Below the pieces are notes generated by a model that saw nothing but the letters and a program-made list of their open reading frames with translations, ran no database searches and was not told the DNA's origin. Source: the human T2T-CHM13v2.0 reference genome, Homo sapiens. Taken from it: a stretch of 64,000 bases of DNA. A program made the translations under genes and the position numbers. This document shows, piece after piece, positions 15,101 through 31,745 of the stretch (position 1 is the first letter of the stretch; each line of letters starts with the position of its first letter). Location: the NCBI RefSeq assembly GCF_009914755.1, contig NC_060931.1; one strand, written 5' to 3'.

Positions 15101-16023
15101 TTGGGACTCCCTTCCCTGTTACATGGAAGTTACATGCCTGGGCTTAAATCCCGACGCTGCCATTTACTAGCCAAGTAACTTTGGGCACCTCTGGTCTCCG
15201 TTTCCTCTTTTTAAAAATCGGGATCATAATATAAGTTAGGGTCACAGTAGAAACCCCTATATTGTGTTTTGGTTACCCCCTCCCACACACACACACATCC
15301 TGGGTGTATTTTTTAAAACCTATATTGTTAACTTTTGAATGAAAATAAGGGCATAGGAGCATTGTCTATCCTTGACACCCAGCTATTAATCTCTAAATAC
15401 CACCCCCCACTAAAAGGTACCAAGTGATCCTTCGAGAAATGACTGATGCCAGGTCAGGAGCTAGGAGTGAATGAGGACAACTTGGAACATCTTGTGTCAG
15501 AAGCTCAGGACGCCTCTCAAGACGAACGAGGTCCTTCTAAAAGGACATGGGAACCAGCCTGAAGTTGCCCACTGGCCAAAATTAGAACAATTTGAGAATC
15601 AAAAATAACAATGACTGCAAACTGAAAAATGATTGGAAACTTTAAACATAAAAAAGCCATTCCCCCCAAAGAGTAATCCAAATTAAAAAAAAAACTATAA
15701 CTTCATTTGCCACACTATTGGTGGTGACTATTACACCAACTTTACTCTGCAAAGTGATAATTTAAGAAAACAAACAGGTATTCCGCCTTTCTAGTAGCAG
15801 CTGTATTTCGGCGTAACTGAAATACAGCTGATGATGAGCATCAGTTGATGAGGAAACAGTTCTCTTTACAAAAGTATGCCAACTAAGTCATCCTAAATGA
15901 ATAATGGAATTTTATAATTGATTCATGCCAGGATCATCAGTGATATCATTTGGTGAAAAGGTGATAGGGAACAGGATATTCACTTGATGCCAAATTACTC
16001 CCTGGGGATTACTGCTGGTTACA

Positions 16024-17590
16024 ATTTATTTATTTTATTTTTATTTTTTTGAGACAGAGTCTCACTCCGTCGCCCAGGCTGAAGTGCAGTGGTGTGATGT
16101 CGGCTCACTGCAAGCTCCGCCTCCCGGGTTCACACCATTCTCCTGCCTCAGCTTCCTGAGTAGCTGGGACTACAGGCACCCGCCACCATGCCTGGCTAAT
16201 TTTTTGTATTTTTAGTAGAGACGGGGTTTCACCATGTTGGCCAGGATGGTCTTGATCTCCTGACCTCGTGATCCGCCCGCCTCGGCCTCCCAAAGTGCTG
16301 GTGTGTCCGGAATTGTGGGTTCTTGGTTTCACTGACTTAAAGAATGAAGCCGCTGACCCTCGCGGTGAGTGTTACAGTTCTTAAAGATGGTGTGTCCGGA
16401 GTTCGTTCCTTCAGATGTTCAGATGTGTCTGGAGTTTCTTCCTTCTGGTGGGTTTGTGGTCTCACTGACTTCAGGAGTGAAGCTGCAGACCCTCGCGGTG
16501 AGTGTTACGGCTCTTAAAGGCGGTGCATCTGGAGTTGTTCATTCCTTCTGGTGGGTTTGTGGTCTTGCTGACTTCAGGAATGAAGCTGCAGACCTTCATG
16601 GTGAGTGTTAACAGTTCATAAAGGTGGCTCGTCCAGAGTTGTTCATTCCTCCCATCCGGAGTTGTTTGTTCCTCCCGTCCAGAATTGTTCGTTCCTCCTG
16701 TCTGGAGTTGTTCCTTCCTGTGGGTTCATGGTCTCGCTGGCTTCAGGAGTGAAGCTGCAGACCCTCGCGGTTGAGTGTTACGGCTCTTAAAGGCGGTGCA
16801 TCTGGAGTTGTTCATTCCTTCTGGTGGGTTTGTGGTCTTGCTGACTTCAAGAGTGAAGCTGCAGACCTTCATGGTGAGTGTTACAGTTCATAAAGGTGGC
16901 ACGTCCAGAGTTGTTCATTCCTCCCATCCGGAGTTGTTCGTTCCTCCCGTCCAGAATTGTTCGTTCCTCCCGTCTGGAGTTGTTCCTTCCTGTGGGTTCA
17001 TGGTCTCGCTGGCTTCAGGAGTGAAGCTGCAGACCTTCGTGGTGAGTGTTACAGCTCATAAAGGCGGTGCGGACCCAAAGAGTGAGCAGCAGCAAGATTT
17101 AGTGCAAAGAGTAAAAGAACAAAGCTTCCACAGCCTGGAGGGGGACCCAAGTGGGTTGCCCATGCTGGCTCTGGTGGCCTGCTTTTATTCCCTTATTTGG
17201 CCCCACCCACATCCTGCTGATTGGTCCATTTCACAGAGAGCTGATTGGTCTGTTTTGACAGAGCCCTGATTGGTGTGTTTACAAACCTTTAGCTAGACAC
17301 AGAGCACTGATTGGTGCATTTACAATCCTTTAACTAGACAGAAAAGTTCTCTAAGCCTCCTACCTGGTTAGCTAGACACAGAGCCCCGATTGGTGCATTT
17401 AAAAACCTTTAGCTATACACAGAGTGCTGATTGGTGCGTTTACAAACCTTTAGCTAGGCACAGAGTGCTGATTGGTGCGTTTACAATCCTTTAGCTAGAC
17501 AGAAAAGTTCTCCAAGTGCCCACCCGACCCAGAAGCCCAGCTGGCTTCACCTGTCACTGGGATTACAGGCGTGAGCCACCGCGCCTGGCC
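16024..17590 (-). mobile_element. AluY-like element split by the LTR12 (parts 16024-16301 and 17557-17590)
   Basis: Alu stops at caaagtgctgg and resumes ctgggattacaggcgtgagcc; TSD tactgctggttaca at 16010-16023 and 17591-17604. Confidence 0.92.
16302..17556 (-). mobile_element. LTR12 (HERV9/ERV9) solo LTR
   Basis: Minus-strand termini TGACAGGTGAAGCCAGCTGG ... TTCCGGACACA; tandem gctgattggtgc (CCAAT) U3 repeats; tandem U5 repeats; 4-bp TSD ctgg. Confidence 0.93.
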
Positions 17591-17983
17591 TACTGCTGGT
17601 TACATTTTTACAACACAGGGAAATCTTGCCCCTCCTACCTTAACCCAGAACAATCTTATCACCATAAAAGTGGCCCAGCCTGACATTAAATATCTCCCAA
17701 TTTGATGCAATATGAAGCTCCAGCATCATCTATGAAGTATTCTTTCCAAAAAATTTTAACCTCAACATCATCAAGCCTTTAAATCTATCTTCCTGTCTCA
17801 GGAACTGCAAGGATAGAAGAATAAAATTACAACAGGAGAAAACAACCAGAAAAACCCAGAATAAATGGTGGAACACCCTACTGAACACATGGCCCAGTGT
17901 CTTCAATAAGTCAGTGTCATTAAAAAGAAAAAAAGCAGCACTGAGGGATGGCTGCTCTAGATTAAAAGAAATTTTAAAAATGT

Positions 17984-18506
<523 letters not shown>

Positions 18507-18731
18507 CTATATTTTAAGATAATTCAGAACAAAAAAATACAGAAAGTGTTAAATGTTAAATGTAGTGATGTACATGGATGTTCATTATATTTTTAATGTA
18601 TATATGTTTGAATATTTTCATGTTAAAAAAAGAACAAGGAAAAAGGTGATATATGGAAAGCCCTTGCCATGTAGTGAGCACTCAATAAGCAATAGCATTA
18701 TTATTATTATACAATCTGCAAATAGGAAGAT

Positions 18732-19592
18732 TATTGTGGGATCTGCCCCGCAGCCCGCAATGCAATGGGGCTCTTTCCTTGTTCACGGGCAGATCGGCAG
18801 GTCGAGAAATAATAGACGCACACAAGATAGTGAAAACTGGGTCCAGGGGGGGTCACCATCTTCTGGTCCCGTGGTGCCGCCAATGCACTGGATATACCAG
18901 CATTTATTATTAAGTTTAGTGAGGTCAGGGGTAGGTTACTGAGGGATTTAGGGTCGTTTGATTATGAGGTGAGATAGTCACATGGGGATGAAGTAATTCT
19001 TTAACATAACATCTATATGCAGAAGTACAGTATACAGAGATAAGAATTTACATCAGTCATTTCTAACAGAGCCTTGAAACAGAAACACAGTCTGTCCATA
19101 ACCTATGATTAGCAAGATATTAATCAGCAGTAACTGTTGCAGCAAAAGCTGGTTAGAAACAATCCATGGAAACAGGACGTGAAGCTAGACAACCGGTTAG
19201 ACCAGAAATTCTCAGAAGGGAGTATGCCTTAACCCTAAAGAGGCCTAGAAGAGCCATGGCAAGATGAGGGTGTTTGTAGCCCTATCTTATCCATATGAAC
19301 AGGTGCCCCTCATGCATCTGCTTATAGGCTCTCCACAAGCGTTGCATTCCATTCCCAGAGCTCTGAACATCTGCTTTTCTGGGATAGGAATCTTGGTGAT
19401 GTGAAACCTCCCTGACTGCACGTCTGTTCATAGGCTCTCTGCAGGGGGAAGCACATCACGCGCTGTTGGCTCATTCTGGCAGCCCAACCTGGCATTGTCT
19501 TTACACAATCCTGCATGCAACTTTGTATTTACAATAACCAGGAGCATTTCATCTTTTATTCTGTAGCAGTAGTTTCAGGGGGTCTCCCTACA
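18732..19592 (-). mobile_element. ERVK-class solo LTR (LTR13/LTR13A-like)
   Basis: Minus-strand start TGTAGGGAGACCCCCTGAAAC; 6-bp TSD gaagat at 18726-18731 and 19593-19598; subfamily from memory. Confidence 0.78.
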
Positions 19593-20494
19593 GAAGATAA
19601 TACCTCCTCCCACCCCTCAAACATCTAGGCAGAACTTGAAATACATACTTGGTCATTTCAGGGAGCAAGTTGCTTTTCCTGGAAAATCATATTCTATTAC
19701 ACCATAAATTCTCAAGGGTCCTATTTTAGAGCACTGCAATTTAAAATGTCTTGCTTTTCAACTGCTCTTAAGAATCTAAAATGTGCTTATTATTTAATTA
19801 TTGTTACAGATATTTAATTTCTCTTCCTATACTTCTTGCTAATTACTTAATTTCATGACAATTGATTTTTCTCAAGACTATTTTGCAAAAATATTCATAA
19901 GTTTAGCATTGATATTACCCTCAACGCTGAAAATCTTTCCTTACTCCAAGCACTTATTTATTTAGTTTCCCCACATAGATGGCAGTGTACTGACCCAGGT
20001 TGGCCAGCAAGGGGCAGTAGGTAACAAAGTTACCTACACAAAGTTGTGTTTTTGTGTTTGTTTTTTCAAATTTAACCAAAGCCAGGTTAATATTAGTTAA
20101 CATTCATTGAGCACTTCTGAAATGCCAGGCACTGGCCTAAATTCTTAAATGTATTAGCTCATTTAATCCTGAAAATAGTCATATATGGAAAGTACTGATA
20201 TTATTCTCCTTTTACAGTGAGGAAACAGGCATAGTAGGTCAACTAACTTGCCCCAGGTTGTAGTTAGCAATGACTGAAGCAGAGATTCAGCCATGCAGTC
20301 TGACTCTAAGTCACTACTGGGTGCTGCTTCTCAAATTTCTAACAATTGTAAAACCTTGGTGCTCTAGATATATCTAGTTATTAATAGCCCACTTTCAAGT
20401 ACAATCATTATCTACAAGATTATTAAATAATGATTATAGCCTTCAATCACTTGATAATAAAGACAATGAGATCAGATTTCTTCTTAATGTCATC

Positions 20495-20785
20495 TTTTAT
20501 TTTTATTTTTTGAAGCAAGGCCTTGCTCTGTCTCCCAGGCTGGAGTGGTGCAATCATGGCTCACTGCAGCGTCGACCTTGCAGGCTCAAGTGATCTTCCC
20601 ACTTCAGTTTCTTGAATAGCTGGGACTACAGTTGCAACACATCTGGCTAATTTTTGTATTTTTTGTAGAGATGGGGTTTTGCCATATTGCCCATGGCTGG
20701 TCTTGATCTCCTGGGCTCAAGCGATCCCCTCACCTCAGCTTCCCAAAGTGCTGAGACTACAGACTTGAGTCATTGTGCTGGGCCC
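20495..20785 (-). mobile_element. AluJ-like
   Basis: Reverse Alu sequence. Confidence 0.87.
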
Positions 20786-22351
20786 TAAATACCATCTTTT
20801 AATCCAGTGGTCTTTAAAGTTTTTTGATTGTGCCATTAAAAATTTTTGAACACACACAATTATATGTTAATATTAATATATGATTATAATAGTATATAAT
20901 TATATGTATATTAATATATAAAATACATTCTATAATACCCACAAAATAGAAATTTTAAAATAAAAAAGCTATTTTATCTGTCATTAATTGTGGTAGTTTC
21001 AATCAATCATTGGCCAATCTCAAGGGAAATACACATATAGGTCAAAGTTAATTATAAGTTATAGTAGATGGAAATTTTATTGCTAATAGCCCTCCTAGGT
21101 GGAGAGCTAAATTCTTATATGTATCATTTTGGCTGACCTTGTCAGATGTTACTAGATCACCATTATTTTTACAACACAATGAATGTGATGAGGAGCTTGT
21201 ACCAGAAGTATGAGAAATGTCGGCTCTGTCCCTTTCTTTTTTTCTTTTCTTCTGCTTACAATTTTGACAAGAGTTCCTGTCCAATTCTTTGCAGAAATCT
21301 TTTAAATTATGTTCCCATTTTGTGAGAGTTAATTCTCTATAAATCTGTTTAGCTAAGCCCAGATAAATGACAGTAAATACCAAGATAAGGAAAGCGACTG
21401 ACTGAGAGCCAGAGCCACCATCAGCCTCTTCCCCAGGGGAGGCACTCCCATTCCTCCTCAGGACACCTTTTATGTGACAGATGATGACTGCCTGGCTAAC
21501 TGAGGGTTCTACTGTTTTAGTAAAGCAAAATTCTTATATTAGTGTATATTTACTAAATATAGCAAAGTATAGGAAACAAAATTCTTTCTAATATTTTAGA
21601 TTAAAAATTAAAATAGAATTTGTTTTCACATCTCAGCAGATCAACTTGCTCATCCACTTTCAATAGCATTGTAATCAGTTTTAGCATTTATCATTTTCAG
21701 AAGAGCATTTCAAGGAAAGACATTGGTACATCATAGCAAGTCTGAAGAGTTATATGGTACAAAGGCTGTGTGTCTGCTGAGGAAGGCCAGCTGTCTGTGC
21801 AGGCAATGCCATTCAGGGGCAGTAGAACTCTAGTGGTATAGACAGAGACTGGGTCTCATGAGTCTGTGTCTTAGCTCTGTGGGCTGAGAAACACAATCTT
21901 GTCAGTACTACCAGAGGGGGCAGATTCACACTAAGCAGACTCATAAGAGATGGATGTACACATCAGAATGTCAGTTTGTTGACATGCAATGAGAACTGTA
22001 ACAGATAAACCATGTATTTGTGTTCACAGATCAATGCATTTTCTTCCACTAGGAAAATAAATCTAAATGAGGCATGAGTTTATTAGCATGACTGAGGTCA
22101 GGAGGTCAAGTGATTAGAGTGGAAGGAACAAAAGCAGGAGCAGTAGGAGATGAGGTAGAGAGACAGGCAGGGGCTGGGTCACGTGGGCCCTTGAGGCCAT
22201 GTTAAGGAATCTAGATTCTAAGAGGTCACAAGCTATTGGGGGTGGTTTAGGTAGGAATATGATCTGATTTTCAAAGGGATAATTCTGCATGCTGAGTGGA
22301 GAATCAATTCTAAGGGGATAGAAATGATAGTTAAGAAATTAGAAAAGACAG

Positions 22352-22719
<368 letters not shown>

Positions 22720-25700
22720 CTAGGGAGTGAAGCTGGGAAAAGGATGGATTTGGGTTGCTTTTTTTTTATGGTAGAGCAATTAAGACTTGCTGGGAGATTA
22801 GATAGGTGATTCCACGCTTACCAAACAACCTTCCAGCTGTAATTTGTCTTCTTAGTAGGTTTTTCTTCTTAGAGAAGGAAGCACTCGTCAGGGAACATAG
22901 GGATCTGATATTTCTACTGGTTCCAGTTTTCTTCCCTGAGAATGTGTACCTGAGTCTAAGAGGGTTGGGTCTCTCTCTCTCCGAGCACCTACACATTTGA
23001 AACACTCTGAGCTGGTCCCAGCCACGTTAGACATGTGGGCTGAGAAGTGGAGGAAGATGATCTGAGCTACAGAGAAGGAGAAAGCAGACCACAGCTCAAG
23101 CAGAGAAGGGAGCTAGAGAAAAGTGCTGGGCACATTTGAGTGCTCACTCCAGCTGTCAAGACCCAGTGGAATTTCTCACTGTAGGTTTCACAGACACTTT
23201 CCTAAGTCTTATACTCCAAACCACACTGGGAATGAAATAAAGATTCTTATTCAATGTATCTATTAATGGTTTACGTGGAAAGCAGTGTATCTAATTCCAC
23301 AATAATATTTTAGAGTGTATCTTAAAGACATCTGGCTCCAAAAGTAAAGTATTTGGTTGTGCCTGCATTAAGGTAAATATATATATATATATATTTGTAT
23401 TTATATATTTGTATATATTTATATAGATATATATATTCGTGATCTAGAATACAGAGTAATCATCATTAATTATATATGGTCCCAGGTTATACAGGCAGTA
23501 TGAAATAAATATCAACCTCCAATAGCCACAAGGATGTGGGATGAGTAGTTATTGAGAAAGATTTGTATTTGTTGCCTAAAACCGAAAATAAGTTACCTTT
23601 GACTCACCTCTCTCCTTCACACCCTATCTGCCATCAGTCATTAAGGTCTGTGGCTACTCCCTGTGTCCCACCCTCCTCCTCATCCCCACATGCTCACCCT
23701 CTCCCTCCCATCCTCATCTCACTCCTGGATTACTGCAACAATTCCTAGGGTGGTTTTTCTGACTGCTTTTCTATGGAGATAGGGTTGCAGGGGAGGACAA
23801 GAAGAGGGCGGGAATTACATAAGGACATCACAGAGGTGGCTTTGGAAAATGGCTTCAATTTCAACAGAGCAAGGGGTTAATATTAGGAAATGGGAGACAG
23901 TCTGGAAGGAGATTAATATTGTTTCTGGCAGGGCCTTGAGTTTCACACCAAAAAGTTCAGATTATTTGGTGGCCAAAGAAGAGTCATTTTTGGCTTTTGA
24001 GCAGAGACGTTCCCTTGTGTACGATTAGAAAATCAAACATGTGGCCTGTGTTCAGGATGGCTTGGGAGGAAGTAGTGGGAGAGATGGCAGAGTGCTGAAT
24101 ACAAGGTCACTGCAAATAGGCAAAGTCATGAAAGCCTAAGCCAGGGTAGCATTCATGGAATGGAAATGAAAGGCCGGAAGGGAGTTAAGATACATTGTTT
24201 AAATTTGATTTTATCATCTCATTTCTATCTATAAAAACCTGTAGAGGCTGTCTTTTGTTCATTACCTTATCAGATTCAGGCTCTTATGCAAGCCTTCATT
24301 ATCTGAGTCTTTCCTGTCTGATTAGTCGGATTTCTCAGTAGATGGTAAGCCCTTTGGAGGCAGGTATCACACCTTCTATTTATGCATACTGCAGTGCTTA
24401 CCACAGCACAGATGAATGATACTTATTTGCTAATTAGGTGCACTGGAGTCAAAAACCTCCCCTGCTTCATACAGGCACCCATATCCTTTTTCTCTATGGT
24501 CTTTTCCCCTGGCTTTCCTTGATTTACTGAGAGAAACTTGTTCTTTAGCTCTGACTTAAGATGTAGACATTTATACTAATGCTTTAGCATATTCTGAGCA
24601 AATTTTGTTAGACATAGTGTTATTTATATTTATATCTCTTTCAGCTTATGGTTTGCCACATGGCAGGAAACATGCCAGAATATATGAAATCAGAAATGTT
24701 CTGGGGGAAAAAAAAGAATGTATTAAAATTCCAGTATGTTTAATGGACAATCTGTATTCTTGTTTTGAGAGTAACTTTGAAAAATAGACCCAACGTAGTT
24801 TATTGTTGAGTGCTTAGCCCATGCTCATCTTTGATATCTCTGTATCTACATTTCTATTCAGATCTATAACTATACACTTTGGAAAGACAAACACCAAAAT
24901 GTTAGCCATGATCACCTATAGGAAAAGAAATGGAATTGAAGAAGTGGGAAGAAGAGCAGCAAGTTGAACAAAAAGCTTCTATTTTAAAAATTCTGTAGTC
25001 TTTTGTATTTTTGGCACTTTTGAGCATATATTCTTAGGTTACTTTTTTGTCTTTGTTTTTTCTTTTTGTCGTATTACTTTTATTTTAAAATATACTATTA
25101 ATTAAAATACATATGTTATTAAAATTCAGAACAAAAATTCCTATCTTATGGAATTTGGGCCAATATCTAGAAATCAAATGTCAGGAGGATAAAAAGATTG
25201 ATGACCAAATAAATTGCCCAGAGAGAAATCAGGCACAGTGAATACATTCCCAAGTAGTCCTGCCTCTCACCACATCAATCGGAGAATTAGGCCAGATCAA
25301 ATCAACATTGCTGTATGGAAAAATACAGTCTCATCCTGAGAGGCCTGCAACTGCAGAATGTCATGGTGCCTCCCTCTTTGCCCTTTGAGATGTCAGTGAA
25401 TAAAGAACCAGAATTTTCCCAGTCTGTTTTAGGAGAAGGCCACAAGTGTTCTAGGACAATAACCTGCTAGATCCCACAGCCAACCTTAATAGTCACTTTT
25501 GAAAAGTCCTGGAAATACAACAATTCAGCGATCTCTATGTCATTTACCATAGCTATACTGGAATGAGATGTACCGATCCCAAGATTCACTACTGTTAAAA
25601 CCTGACAGACTGCATCAGAGTTAATACATTCATTCCCTTAGCTTATGTAGTCATGGTATTTATAACACTTTAAATGCAGTTGAAATTCAAATGTAAAAGG

Positions 25701-26097
25701 AAAATTTTGCTTCATGTGTCTGTTGCCAACAAGAGCACTAGTACCATTTTAAATGAGAATACAGCTTTACTTAAATGAAAATCCCAATGTTTCTTTTGGG
25801 TGTAGACCTCATTCTTTCCTTCATAGAAAGAACTGTAAACTCAGTAAATTCTTAATCTCTTGTATAATAATCGGATGAGAGCCAAGCATTTTCTTAAAGA
25901 TCCTCTAAAAAGAATGGCTTTGGAATGACTAGAAAACATTTGTGGAGTGTGGGAGCTATGCTTGCATTATTTGCTTAATTCATGTGCTTGGATGTTGTGC
26001 TTTCAGTCTATTCAACAATATTTAATCAATTATTAAATTTTCTTAGAGACATACACTTAAATGAAGCATTTTAATTGAGTATTTTTTAAAAACTCCG

Positions 26098-28211
<2,114 letters not shown>

Positions 28212-30509
28212 TCAAGAATAACAATTATACTCAAATAGCAACATTTCCCAAAATATGATCTGTGGGCCACTGGGGCCACTAGGTGATTCTCAAACAAGGC
28301 TTCTGTGGTCCAGTGACCTGGAAAACACTGCATTCCATATTTCCACTTAGAGATTCACAATGCACATCGCCTTATGAAGGCAGCTGAGAATGCCTGTAGC
28401 AAGGGAACCTGTGGAGCTCTGTTTAATCCTGAGTTTCCAAAACCTCCTGGGTCACAGAACCCCTTTGATGTAGACAGCGTTTTACTGAGAGTGTGGGAAA
28501 TGCTGCTCTGTGATGATACAGTGACTTTGATTTGTTTAGGATGATCGTTCAGTTCTTGAAGAATCATATTCAATAAAATCCTAAATTATCCAGAAAATTG
28601 AAGATAAGCAATAGTGTGTTATCCAGAAAGGGAAGCATTCCAAATCTTTACCTTGTTCTGGTTTGACACTGACTGGGTTTGTGGGTGATAATCTTTCATT
28701 ACAGGATTGATTTATACAAATATTGCATGGCTTTGCTGGTTAAACACCTGATAATCAGTTTGAAACTGCAGGGCTATAAAAATATCCATCAACCTCTATT
28801 AAATGCAGTGAGGGTTGCAGCCTGGCAAAAAATAAGGATCAGACTGTAAGGCTGAGAGCAAATGTGATAGAGCCCCAAATTATTGATTAAACTAGAAGAA
28901 AATTGGGTGCCTTGGCTTTCTATTTCCCATCATTCTTACTTTGTTCCTTTTTGTCTCTTTTACGATTGTCAAAGCAGTTTACGGGTTTAATAGAACAGGT
29001 TAGACAACTTCACGGAAAAGTACATAATGGGCATCAATAATAGTGGCAGGCCTTGTTAGACCAGTAGTATCTTGACACAAAATGCTTGCTCTAACTCATT
29101 AAAACATTTTAGTAAGTGTCAGTATTAATACATGTTTCTTGCTGCAAATAAAATTTATTTCCAAATTCCAATTTAGAGAAATCTGGTGGCCTAGAAAATA
29201 CTATTCCCTGATGTAATGTGATTTTCCATGCTGTCATTCAATTGGGAATTTTCTCAATATTTCAAATCACTAGTGAATTGATAATAACAAATTATATTGC
29301 TGCATTTGGCCATTACAAGTCCTTTTGCCATTTTCGTTTAGTGGGTATGGTAGCTGATGGTCCTCTGAACTGCTCTAAAGAGGCAAATAACAGTAAACAC
29401 TGGTCTGCTATGGAACAGGGGGTGTTTTCTGGGTTCTCAGCCAGGTGTCAAAGAGGAAGGTTTAGAGGTAATCTGAAGACCATTTTTTAGGAAGAATATC
29501 TTCCACCTGGCCTAGAAAATACAAGAAATTAAAAGGTTCTTTCAGGAAGAAACTTAAAATACTTTTTTTCTTGAATTAATGTCATCTACTTTGTAAAAAA
29601 TAATCTCTTTTGTAGAGTTATTTTGCATCTAACTTTGACCACCTATCACTGTCTTGGAAACAAACACAAAAACAATTAAAATCCAGGGAAATATTGATAA
29701 ATATTTATATTTGCAAGTTAGGATTAGACAGGAGTGACAAAACCAATCCCGTGGACAATAAGACCTATGAGTATAATAATTTTGGTCTGCCTGCAAAGAC
29801 CTTTCCTACTTTCCATTCCTGGAAAACTCATATTTGTTCTTCAACATCAAGCAAATGTTACCTCTTCTATCAAATCATCCCTAACTTCCAGGTAGATATG
29901 GTATTCTACATGTATAGTACTTGATCGATTCCTTTACTATTGTACTAAAACAACTTTATTTGTTTACATGCCTCTTCCCCCTACTAGACTATGATGCCCA
30001 GAGAGAGCAGGAATTATTATTTATTCAATATATATTTATTGAGTGCTTACTATGTGCCAGGACATTTTGCTTCTCCTTAGGATCACAATATACATCTCTT
30101 TATTCCCAAAATTAGTACATGCCTGTCCCCTCATGGAAGAGGCACTCAATAATCAGTTGCTAAATAAACAGCTGAGTGAATGAAAGGGTGAATGAATGAA
30201 TGAGCCCTATTGTATAAGATACAAAAGGCACCAATTTTACAGTGATGTTTCAGTTCCCCAATTTGCAAACAGAACTGGTGTAAAGCTACTAAGGAGAGCA
30301 TGATTTGTCATTCTGCAGGGAGATGCAGTGACTCAATTCCTGGTTGACCTGTGGGGTTTACAAAAACCAGGGCTTAGTTTCTTTAAATTAACTTTAGGAG
30401 ATGGCAGTCCTGGCCTGGTCCCTTTTATGTGCTGGAGCACCACCCTAAAAACTGTTGGCTGGCTACATCATAGAGAATTCCCAGGGCTCTCTTGCTAGCA
30501 GCCAGAGTG

Positions 30510-30557
30510 GAGAGAGGCAGGAAGGAAGGGAGAGAGAAAGAGAGAGAGAGAAGGAGA

Positions 30558-30606
<49 letters not shown>
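30510..30606. repeat. (GA)n microsatellite
   Basis: Seen directly. Confidence 0.95.
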
Positions 30607-30608
<2 letters not shown>

Positions 30609-31214
30609 TCCAAACAGGAAGGAATAATGCAAACTTGAGTCATTTGAAAGACAGTGGATTTTCCTGTTACTGCAGTATGTTTGCTGCAGATTACATAAGA
30701 CTTGTTGATTATTCTCTTACAATACTTCTGGTAGTCTATCCCTATTCATAAATAATGTGCTAGACTTGATGTAGCTGTAGCAAATCATTTTGACATCAGG
30801 GAGTACTTTTCAAGATAAGCCTGAGCCATCCTCATCCCTGAATTCACTCATTAGCAGTTTGCTCACAAAGGTGGTCTCTGGGGTAGGCTCAGAGAGGCCC
30901 CCAGCCTCTGAATTTCACGATTGAGATAAAGACTCATTATGTGGAGTCTGATCTGGTTCCATTAGCAAAATGATTTCTGTAGTTGGGTTTAGCATAAAGG
31001 TAGGTAGGCTCAATCTTATTTGTGTTCCAAGTTAATTCCCTTTCCTGTTTTCTGCCTGGCTGTTCCAATCTCTTAGCAGTCTTGCCAAGCCACCTCATTG
31101 TCAGCAGACAACATACCTCATATTTTAATGTTACAGAAACATTTATCTTTTTTCCTTTCTATCTTTTCATCTTTCACCTGTCATTCTCTGATTTCCTTCT
31201 GCCTCAGAGAAAAT

Positions 31215-31745
31215 CTGTATATGTTACCCTTTGTAACAAATTACCCTAAAACTTAGCAGCTTAAAAGAACAAATATGTGTTATCTCATAGTTTCTGTGAG
31301 TCAGGAATTTGGAGGTTGCTTAGCTGAGTGGTTCTAGTACAGAGTCTTTCATGAGGTTGCAGACAAGATATCAGCTGGGGCTGCAGTCATCTGAAAGCTA
31401 GACTAGGAGTGGAGGCTTCACTTCCAAGATGGTGTACTCACATGGCTGTTGGCAGGAGGCCTCAGTCCCTCACTGCCCGGCACCTCCCCAGAGAGTGCTT
31501 GAGTGTTCAAGTGAAAAGTCAGCTGGCTTCCTCCAGATTGTGTGATCCAAGAGAAGAAGCATGGAGTAAGTCACATGCCTTTTACAACTTACTCTCAAAA
31601 GCTGAACATTGTCATTTCAACCACATTCTATTATTTAGAGGTAATTCATTAAGCATCCCTTGCACTCAAGAAGAGAGGAATTAGATCCTATCTTTTGAAG
31701 GAAGGGATAGCAAAGAATCTGTGGACATCTTTTCAAACCACCACA
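31215..31745. mobile_element. MLT1-type MaLR LTR
   Basis: gtaacaaattaccctaaaacttagcagcttaaaa...tctcatagtttctgtgagtcaggaatttgg...aaaccaccaca typical of MLT1. Confidence 0.7.

Noticed and set aside
16330-17520. Regularly spaced repeats that resemble a CRISPR-like array, and ORFs 16369-17269
   Set aside because: They are the internal U3/U5 tandem repeats of LTR12; no unique spacers or cas genes; eukaryotic context
19970-19990. CTCF-like cacatagatggcag
   Set aside because: The 5' half mismatches the core consensus
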